Below, in pieces: positions 26,914-33,669 of a stretch of 33,669 bases of DNA. Positions within the stretch are counted from its first letter, which is position 1. Each line of letters begins with the position of its first letter. The translations under genes and the position numbers were made by a program. The notes under the pieces are model-generated. The model was given only the letters and a program-made list of their open reading frames with translations, searched no databases and was not told the origin of the DNA. Location of the stretch: the sequence record SRR22947725_824; one strand, written 5' to 3'.

Positions 26914-26988
26914 AACATTTATTTAATGTTATTAAAATGTTATCAATTATTTATATTAATTTTTAATAATATTTAGTTCATATATTTG
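26914..26988 (+). promoter_or_regulatory. Promoter of the response regulator: direct repeat AATGTTAT x2 (11-bp period) plus -7 element TATATTTG (26981-26988)
   Basis: AATGTTAT at 26925 and 26936, inverted AACATT at 26914, exact TAnnTTTG downstream. Confidence 0.55.
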
Positions 26989-27009
26989 TAAAAATTGTAA
27001 CTCTTCGAA

Positions 27010-27681
27010 ATGGCTTATAAAATATTACTGGTTGATGATGAACCAGATATATTAGAAATCATCTCATATTCACTTGAATCTGCAGGTTATAAGATTTATA
27101 AAGCAAATAATGGATTAGAGGCGATAAAAATTGCTAAAAAAATAATTCCAGATTTAATCATTATGGATTTAATGATGCCTCATATGAATGGAATTGATGC
27201 ATGTGATGCAATTAGAAAATCTGATAATTTAAACGATGTAATTATTACTTTTTTATCTGCTAGAGGTGAAGATTTTTCTAAAATTGCCGGATTTGAAGCT
27301 GGAGCAGATGATTACATTACTAAACCTATAAAACCAAAAGTTTTATTGAGTAAAGTTAAAGCTCTATTACGTAGAAAAAGTTCTGAACAAGATCAAACTA
27401 TAATCCAAATAAACGATTTAATTATTGATCGATCAAAATACTCTGTAAATCTGAAGGGTATTGAGCTTAATTTACCTAGAAAGGAATTTGAATTACTATA
27501 TTTGTTAGTATCAAGTCCTAACACAGTTTTTACAAGAGAAAAGATTTTAGATGTTGTTTGGGGTAGCGATGTTATAGTTGGAGATAGAACTATTGACGTG
27601 CACATCAGAAAAATAAGAGAAAAAATTGGAGCTTCTTCGTTTAAAACTATTAAAGGTGTTGGGTATAAGTTTGTAAGCTAA
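27010..27681 (+). CDS. OmpR/PhoB-family response regulator
   Basis: LLVDDEPD, MDLMMP, GADDYITKP and winged helix RTIDVHIRKIREK...GVGYKF. Confidence 0.95.
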   Translation: MAYKILLVDDEPDILEIISYSLESAGYKIYKANNGLEAIKIAKKIIPDLIIMDLMMPHMNGIDACDAIRKSDNLNDVIITFLSARGEDFSKIAGFEAGADDYITKPIKPKVLLSKVKALLRRKSSEQDQTIIQINDLIIDRSKYSVNLKGIELNLPRKEFELLYLLVSSPNTVFTREKILDVVWGSDVIVGDRTIDVHIRKIREKIGASSFKTIKGVGYKFVS

Positions 27682-28733
27682 TGTCCTTTAAATTTAAAAA
27701 TTCGTATTCATTTGCATTTAAGACCTCATTTGCAATTTCTTTAGTTACTTCACTTATCGTTGGAGCTATTCTTTGGGTAGAGTCTACCTTAAGTTATTTT
27801 TATTTTCAACTCATTTTCTTAGCAGCTTTAGTGTTTATCATCTCTTTTTTAATAATCCAATCAAGAATAGAGGCATTTATTTATTCAAAAATTAAAAATT
27901 TATATAAAGAATTAAATTTAATTGATTCTATTTCTCTATCCAAAGCTGATATTAATACAGATATGAAATCGTTATTGGATAATATTAGTGAATTTAGTAG
28001 AGATAATAAATTAGAAATAGAATCTCTAAAGTTTAGAGAAGAGTTTAGAAAAGAGTTCATTGGAAACGTAGCACACGAATTAAAAACCCCAATATTTACG
28101 ATACAGGGATATATTGAAAATCTTATTGATGGAGCTATAGATGATAATTCGGTTAGAGATAAGTTTTTAAATAGGGCCAAAATTAGTGTTGAAAGGTTGA
28201 TCTATATCATTAAAGATTTGGATATGATCACAAAGTTAGAATCCGGAACTTTAAATTTAGAAAAAGATTCATTTGATATAATTGAGCTTGTTAAAAACAT
28301 TTATGATCAGTTAGAAATTCAAGCTCAAAAAAATGATATAAAGCTAATTTTTAACAAACCTTACTTAGAATCAATTATTGTTTTTGCAGATAAAGATAAA
28401 ATTCAACAAGTCATTACTAATTTAGTTATTAATTCAATTAAATACGGAACTAACAAAGGAACTACAGAGGTTAGTTTAGAGTCTATTAATTCTGATAAGT
28501 TAATCGTTAGAATTACTGATAACGGAGAAGGTATTCAAGAACAACATCTCTCAAGACTTTTCGAAAGATTCTATAGAGTAGATCAAAGTGGATCTAGAAA
28601 ACAAGGAGGGTCTGGCTTAGGTCTATCTATCGTAAAACACATTATTGATGCTCACAATGAGAACATTTATGTTGAATCAAAGTTTGGGATTGGGAGTGAA
28701 TTTTCTTTCACTTTAACAAAAGATTTAAATTAA
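27681..28733 (+). CDS. PhoR-like sensor histidine kinase
   Basis: Two adjacent N-terminal TMs with no periplasmic domain; HELKTP, NSIKY, DNGEG, FERFYRVD and GSGLGLSIVKH. Confidence 0.93.
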   Translation: MSFKFKNSYSFAFKTSFAISLVTSLIVGAILWVESTLSYFYFQLIFLAALVFIISFLIIQSRIEAFIYSKIKNLYKELNLIDSISLSKADINTDMKSLLDNISEFSRDNKLEIESLKFREEFRKEFIGNVAHELKTPIFTIQGYIENLIDGAIDDNSVRDKFLNRAKISVERLIYIIKDLDMITKLESGTLNLEKDSFDIIELVKNIYDQLEIQAQKNDIKLIFNKPYLESIIVFADKDKIQQVITNLVINSIKYGTNKGTTEVSLESINSDKLIVRITDNGEGIQEQHLSRLFERFYRVDQSGSRKQGGSGLGLSIVKHIIDAHNENIYVESKFGIGSEFSFTLTKDLN

Positions 28734-28753
28734 TTTCTTTAAAATAATGAGAT

Positions 28754-29428
28754 TTGGGAAGCAAAAATAAACTAAAAAGATTTAAAGAAAACGAAAAATT
28801 TGATAATGTATTTCAACCTACTAGAGAAGAATTGCTTTCTGGTAATTTCGAATTTAAAGGAAGATGGGCAAAAAAAGTTTTCAATAATTCTAATCCAATT
28901 ACACTAGAATTAGGATGTGGTAAAGGGGAGTATTCAGTGGAACTTGCAAGACAAAACCCTGATGTTAATTTCATTGGAATAGACATTAAAGGAGCTAGAT
29001 TCTGGAGAGGAGCGAAAACAGCTAATGAAAAAAATATTGATAATGTTAAATTTATTAGAGCTCAAATTGAACTTGTTGAATATTTGTTTGAAAAAAATGA
29101 AATTTCTGAAATATGGATAACATTCCCCGATCCACAAATAACATTTAAAAGAACAAAACATCGTTTAACTAATTTAGAGTTCTTAAATAAATACAAGAAA
29201 ATTTTAAACATCAACGGATGTATTAATCTTAAAACTGATAGTGAGTTTTTACATGGCTATACAATTGGACTTTTACAAGCAATGAATAACGCTGAAATAT
29301 TATATTCTAATCACGATATTTATAAAAGATCGGGTAGTCCAAAAGAAGCTATAGAAATTAAAACGCATTATGAAAATTTATTTCTAAATAATGACAAGCC
29401 TATAACATTTATAAAATTTAAAATTTAG
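28754..29428 (+). CDS. trmB: tRNA (guanine-N7)-methyltransferase
   Basis: LELGCGKGEY, GIDIKGAR, WITFPDP, LKTDS and THYE; TTG start. Confidence 0.95.
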   Translation: MGSKNKLKRFKENEKFDNVFQPTREELLSGNFEFKGRWAKKVFNNSNPITLELGCGKGEYSVELARQNPDVNFIGIDIKGARFWRGAKTANEKNIDNVKFIRAQIELVEYLFEKNEISEIWITFPDPQITFKRTKHRLTNLEFLNKYKKILNINGCINLKTDSEFLHGYTIGLLQAMNNAEILYSNHDIYKRSGSPKEAIEIKTHYENLFLNNDKPITFIKFKI

Positions 29429-29430
29429 TT

Positions 29431-29763
29431 TTGACTCCAAATACAGACAATTTTTTTGATAGAGTTTACAAGGTAGTAAAACAAATCCCTTATGGAAGAG
29501 TAACAAATTATGGGTCTATTGCAAAATATTTAGGCTCTGCGAAAAGTTCAAGAGCTGTTGGTTATGCTATGAATGCCTCACATAATTTAGCTGATGTTCC
29601 CGCTCATAGGGTTGTTAATAAAGTAGGTCTATTGACAGGTAAGCATCATTTTTTTGGTTCTAATTTAATGAAAGATCTTTTAGAAAGTGAAGGAATTGAA
29701 ATTGTTGATAATCAGGTTAGTAGATTTGACTCATTATACTGGGACCCTAGTATTGAACTATAA
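29431..29763 (+). CDS. MGMT-family alkyltransferase-like (ATL) protein
   Basis: VKQIPYGRVTNYGSIA, RAVGYAM, VPAHRVV (Ala in place of the catalytic Cys) and LLESEGI. Confidence 0.88.
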   Translation: MTPNTDNFFDRVYKVVKQIPYGRVTNYGSIAKYLGSAKSSRAVGYAMNASHNLADVPAHRVVNKVGLLTGKHHFFGSNLMKDLLESEGIEIVDNQVSRFDSLYWDPSIEL

Positions 29764-29797
29764 ATCCAATACATTTATTAAAATCAAGTTTTCGCAC

Positions 29798-29805
29798 TAT
29801 ATTTG
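29798..29805 (+). promoter_or_regulatory. -7 promoter element (TATATTTG) for the mrp-nifU-FNR-fdx operon
   Basis: Exact TAnnTTTG ending 18 nt upstream of the TTG start. Confidence 0.65.
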
Positions 29806-29823
29806 CATAAATAATAAGAGGCT

Positions 29824-30933
29824 TTGAAAATAAATAAAATAGAAATACTCAAAGAATTAAATGAGTTAAATATTAATGACTGTGACTTCATTAATATTGT
29901 AAATTTTTCCGATGAGATTATTTTAGACGTTAACATATCCAATCCTACTCTTCAGGCCAAGAAAAATGCTGAAATAAAAATAAATAATTTCTTTAACTCA
30001 GAATCTCTTTCTTCATTCAAATTAAAAATTAATTTTAAGAATGTTGTAGCTAAAAAGCAGAAGAACCAAATAATAGCTAAAAAAATATCTGGTATAAAAA
30101 ATATCATTGCAATTGCATCTGGCAAAGGAGGTGTTGGGAAATCTACCGTGACTTCAAATTTGGCTGTTTCACTTGCAAAAATGGGCTTTACAGTCGGACT
30201 TCTTGACGCTGACATTTACGGTCCATCTATTCCAATTATGTTTGATGTTGCTGAGGAAAGACCTAAATCAATTATGATTGAAGGTAAAAGTAAAATGGAG
30301 CCTGTAGAAAATTATGGAGTTAAAATCCTTTCTATTGGTTTTTTTACAAAATCAGACCAAGCTGTTATATGGAGAGGACCTATGGCGTCAAAAGCTCTAA
30401 ATCAAATGATTTTTGATGCTAACTGGGGAGAATTAGATTTTTTATTAATTGACTTGCCGCCAGGCACAGGAGATATACATTTAAGTATACTACAAGCATT
30501 ACCAATTACAGGATCTGTAATTGTCAGTACTCCACAAAATGTTGCTTTGGCAGATGCAAAAAAAGGAGTAGCCATGTTTAAGCAAGACCTAATTAATATT
30601 CCTGTTTTAGGGATTATTGAGAATATGTCTTATTTTACACCTAAAGAATTACCAGAAAATAAATATTACATATTTGGTAAGGATGGCGCAAAGAACTTAG
30701 CTGATGACTTAGAAGTACCATTTATAGGCTGTATTCCACTAATTCAAAGTGTAAGGGAGGCTGGAGATTTTGGTAGACCAGTAGCAATGCAAGAAGAGAC
30801 AATTATTAGTGAAGAATTAAAGAAAATTACTCAAAAGATAGTTTCTGAAGTTATTAAAAGAAATAAAGACCTTCCTGTCTCGGAAGCAATTAAAATTACA
30901 ACTATGGCGGGTTGTTCAGCAGTTAACAAATAA
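29824..30933 (+). CDS. mrp: Mrp/NBP35 (ApbC) Fe-S cluster carrier ATPase
   Basis: ASGKGGVGKST, DADIYGPS, WRGPMA, DLPPGTGD and GIIENMSYF. Confidence 0.93.
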   Translation: MKINKIEILKELNELNINDCDFINIVNFSDEIILDVNISNPTLQAKKNAEIKINNFFNSESLSSFKLKINFKNVVAKKQKNQIIAKKISGIKNIIAIASGKGGVGKSTVTSNLAVSLAKMGFTVGLLDADIYGPSIPIMFDVAEERPKSIMIEGKSKMEPVENYGVKILSIGFFTKSDQAVIWRGPMASKALNQMIFDANWGELDFLLIDLPPGTGDIHLSILQALPITGSVIVSTPQNVALADAKKGVAMFKQDLINIPVLGIIENMSYFTPKELPENKYYIFGKDGAKNLADDLEVPFIGCIPLIQSVREAGDFGRPVAMQEETIISEELKKITQKIVSEVIKRNKDLPVSEAIKITTMAGCSAVNK

Positions 30934-30943
30934 ATAAATTATT

Positions 30944-31180
30944 ATGTCTGAAAATATTAAAGAAAAAATTGAAAATGCATTGGATGAAATTAGACCATTC
31001 CTTCAAAAAGATGGTGGTGATATTTCATTAATTGAAATTCAAAAAAACACTGTTAAAGTTAAATTAGAAGGAGCTTGCTCTACATGTACTATCAATCAAA
31101 TGACCCTTAAATCGGGTGTTGAGATGACTATAAAAAAACATGCTCCAGAAATTCAAAATGTTATTAATATTGAATCATAA
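30944..31180 (+). CDS. NifU/NfuA-domain Fe-S scaffold
   Basis: IRPFLQKDGGDI and GACSTC (CxxC). Confidence 0.92.
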   Translation: MSENIKEKIENALDEIRPFLQKDGGDISLIEIQKNTVKVKLEGACSTCTINQMTLKSGVEMTIKKHAPEIQNVINIES

Positions 31181-32236
31181 ATGATAAAGTCTGATATTTT
31201 AATTATTGGAGCGGGACCGGTAGGCCTGTTTGCTGTATTTGAAGCAGGTTTGATGAAAATGAAATGTCATTTAATTGATGTTTTACCAAAACCAGGAGGT
31301 CAATGCTCTGAAATATACCCTAAAAAACCTATTTATGACATACCAGCTTACCCTGAAATATTAGCTGATGGTCTAATTGATAAGTTAATGGAACAATGTT
31401 CTCAATTCCAACCTGGATTTACCTTGGGAGAAAGAGCTATGACCATTGATAAACAAGAAAACAACTCTTTTGTTGTAACAACCGATAAAGGAACAAAACA
31501 CTTAGCACCGATTGTTGTAATAGCTGGAGGCTTAGGTAGTTTTGAACCAAGAAAGCCATTAATTAATAATATTGAAAAATATGAAGGTTCTGGACTTGAG
31601 TATTTCATTAAAGACCCTAATAAATTTAAAAATAAAAAAGTTGTAATCGCAGGAGGTGGAGATTCGGCACTAGATTGGGCTGTTGTTTTATGTGATATTG
31701 CTTCCGAAGTAACATTAGTTCATAGGCGAAATGAATTTAGAGGCGCTCTTGATTCTGTCGAAAAAGTTCAACATCTTAAAAATTTGAATAAAATTAATAT
31801 TATAACTCCAGCTGAAGTAGTTGGATTAAATGGTAATAATAATTTAGAGTCTATTATTGTTGAGAATTCAGACAAATCTAAAACACAGATTAAAACTGAT
31901 TTTTTTATCCCTCTTTTTGGTCTTTCACCAAAATTAGGTCCAATCGCTAATTGGGGATTAGAAATAGAAAAAAATGCAATAAAAGTAAATAACTCTTTAG
32001 ATTACCAAACTAATATTCCAGGAATTTTTGCTATCGGAGATGTAAATACATACCCGGGAAAACTTAAATTAATATTATGTGGTTTTCACGAAGCTGCTTT
32101 AATGTGTCAGTCAGCTTTCAAAATATTAAATCCAAACAAAAAATTCCTTTTAAAATATACTACCGTTTCTGGAGTAAAGGGTTTTGACGGGTCACATAAA
32201 AAAGCTGAAAAAGCTGTTGTTAAAACTATTTCATAG
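31181..32236 (+). CDS. TrxB-fold ferredoxin--NADP+ reductase (YumC-like)
   Basis: IIGAGPVGL, GGQC...YPKKPIYD, GGGDSALDW, HRR, IGDVNTYPGK; no CxxC. Confidence 0.88.
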   Translation: MIKSDILIIGAGPVGLFAVFEAGLMKMKCHLIDVLPKPGGQCSEIYPKKPIYDIPAYPEILADGLIDKLMEQCSQFQPGFTLGERAMTIDKQENNSFVVTTDKGTKHLAPIVVIAGGLGSFEPRKPLINNIEKYEGSGLEYFIKDPNKFKNKKVVIAGGGDSALDWAVVLCDIASEVTLVHRRNEFRGALDSVEKVQHLKNLNKINIITPAEVVGLNGNNNLESIIVENSDKSKTQIKTDFFIPLFGLSPKLGPIANWGLEIEKNAIKVNNSLDYQTNIPGIFAIGDVNTYPGKLKLILCGFHEAALMCQSAFKILNPNKKFLLKYTTVSGVKGFDGSHKKAEKAVVKTIS

Positions 32237-32565
32237 TGACTGATATTAATATTATTATAATTGATAGATTAGGAAAAAAACACAATGTTTTAGCTCCGTT
32301 AGATATGTCCATGAATATTATGGAATTAATTAAGTCTTATGAACTAGCCGATGATGCATCGATCGGTATATGTGGGGGTATGGCTATGTGCGCTTCATGT
32401 CAATGTTACATAGAATCCACTCATAAATTGAATCACAAATCAGATGAGGAAGAGGCTATGCTTTCAGAGGCCTTTAACTTAAAATCTTCAAGTAGACTTT
32501 CATGTCAAATACCTATTACAAAAGACTTAAAAGATTTGATTATTAGAATTGCACCAGAATATTAA
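32236..32565 (+). CDS. Adrenodoxin-type [2Fe-2S] ferredoxin
   Basis: C-GGMAM-C-AS-C and SRLSCQ; GTG start. Confidence 0.92.
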   Translation: MTDINIIIIDRLGKKHNVLAPLDMSMNIMELIKSYELADDASIGICGGMAMCASCQCYIESTHKLNHKSDEEEAMLSEAFNLKSSSRLSCQIPITKDLKDLIIRIAPEY

Positions 32566-33287
32566 TCTAATATTTTTTCTAGTGCAGCTGGAAAAATTCT
32601 TTCTACAAACTTTTTATAAGCTAGCTCTGATGGGTGTAAATTGTCACTTGCAACAAGTGCAGGATTTATCAATCCTTGCCTCGTAATGTCTGTTATGTTA
32701 ATGAAATTGATTCCATTTTCTAGGCAATGATTCTCAGCAAAAGTATTATACATGTCTATCTCTTGGCTTGTAATAGAAGGATTAGGTCCTGACTGTCCAA
32801 AAGGAGTATATGCATAATCTGGAATTGATATCACTATAAGATCATTACTACTTTGGGATTTAGTTAAACTTATAGCCTTATTTACTAACTCAGGAAATTC
32901 ATTTTCATATAATTCAAATGGTCTATTTTGGTATTGATTATTAACCCCAATTAATAAAGTGACTAAGTCATTTTCTTTAAAAATATTGTCAGGACTATTG
33001 TTTTCAAGAACTGGATCAACACTATTAATTAGTGCTGTAGTTGTCCACCCTGTAACTGCAATTATTTCAACATTTACAGTGTCTATTCTTAATGTGTTTT
33101 GCAGTGAATTCTTAAGTTGCATTGGAAAGTTACATTCGTCACAAACGCTTTGACCAATTGTATAACTGTCACCTAATGATAATATTTTATAGTTTACTGG
33201 ATAAATACCCATATCTTCTGCGTCTCGAAAAATATCACAACTATATACACTAATAATAATAATAATATATAAAATCGCTTTTCTCAT
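32562..33287 (-). CDS. SGNH/GDSL hydrolase lipoprotein
   Basis: Lipobox VYS-C17; blocks GDSYT, GWTT, GVNNQY and DNLHPS. Confidence 0.9.
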   Translation of the reverse strand: MRKAILYIIIIISVYSCDIFRDAEDMGIYPVNYKILSLGDSYTIGQSVCDECNFPMQLKNSLQNTLRIDTVNVEIIAVTGWTTTALINSVDPVLENNSPDNIFKENDLVTLLIGVNNQYQNRPFELYENEFPELVNKAISLTKSQSSNDLIVISIPDYAYTPFGQSGPNPSITSQEIDMYNTFAENHCLENGINFINITDITRQGLINPALVASDNLHPSELAYKKFVERIFPAALEKILD

Positions 33288-33669
33288 TTAAACTAAAACC
33301 TTTTTTCCTACAATAATCTTTTCAATTGAATTCCATAATTCAATTCTTTTTTTTAGCGCTTCTATTGAAACTTCTTCAATTTCTTTCCATTTTGTTGGAT
33401 CATTTTCTGCTAATTCTTTAACCATTTCTAGAGCCATAGGCCCGTGTTCATCTTCATCCAATTCTATATGTCTTTCAAAGTAGTATATCAATTTTGAAAT
33501 ATCTTGCTCAGGAAAGTTCTTTTGAAAGTTTTTTAATATTGCTGTAAACATACTAGGAATAAGGTTTTCTCTGCCAAATGTGAAAGCTGCAGCAACCTTG
33601 TGAGGCTTTCCTTCTTCAATTATGTTAAAGGTAAATTCCAAAAAATCTTTCACCTCCTTTGGGGTATTT
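33288..33669 (-). CDS. DUF3050-family protein (heme-oxygenase-like fold); 5' end lies outside the window
   Basis: AAAFTFGRENLIP, YYFERHIELDEDEHGPMA and RIELW; the frame stays open to the window edge (..NTPKEVKDF). Confidence 0.8.
   Translation of the reverse strand, partial: NTPKEVKDFLEFTFNIIEEGKPHKVAAAFTFGRENLIPSMFTAILKNFQKNFPEQDISKLIYYFERHIELDEDEHGPMALEMVKELAENDPTKWKEIEEVSIEALKKRIELWNSIEKIIVGKKVLV

Noticed and set aside
26871-26918. N-terminal extension of the LuxE-like ORF
   Set aside because: It overlaps the candidate regulatory repeats and looks like AT-rich intergenic DNA; ATG 26870 is more plausible, though unproven.
3662-33153. Short (60-99 aa) ORFs antisense to larger genes, e.g. 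3662, 4564, 8133, 13012, 15355, 17608, 17787, 18534, 19360, 20029, 20930, 25603, 25808, 27393, 27881, 28934, 29952, 31402, 32959
   Set aside because: All overlap well-supported genes, almost always on the opposite strand, and lack protein-family motifs; expected by chance.
1-33669. tRNA/rRNA genes, CRISPR arrays, IS elements, prophage or defence systems
   Set aside because: All intergenic spacers are under about 175 bp and were read with no such patterns; no transposase, integrase, nuclease or phage-like ORF and no obvious compositional island.

Overview
This is an AT-rich, very gene-dense chromosomal segment of a streamlined Bacteroidota genome, most likely Flavobacteriaceae. The assignment rests on gene content and order, TAnnTTTG promoter elements and the absence of Shine-Dalgarno motifs. 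It holds about 36 mostly housekeeping CDSs: ahcY (partial, missed by the ORF track), Sfp-type PPTase, pnuC, NadR-type kinase, TonB-dependent receptor, greA, HIT, orphan histidine kinase, DUF3127, atoE-like transporter, two ppk2, truB, uppP, ftsX, leuS, asnC-like regulator, saccharopine dehydrogenase, pckA, hemD-like, GT2, pyrC, tyrS, LuxE-like, a PhoB/PhoR-like pair, trmB, ATL, mrp-nifU-FNR-fdx, SGNH lipoprotein and DUF3050 (partial). I saw no tRNA, rRNA, CRISPR, IS or phage features. The most interesting element is non-coding: a TPP-family riboswitch at about 2832-2901 upstream of the TonB receptor. Its pyrimidine-sensing arm is intact, but the pyrophosphate-binding J4/5-J5/4 loop is collapsed into a near-continuous helix, so it may have altered ligand specificity. 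Other leads are a promoter-proximal terminator in the greA leader, an 11-bp-period direct repeat upstream of the PhoB-like regulator, and seven convergent gene junctions with no room for an intergenic terminator. All calls come from reading motifs by eye; no database searches were run.
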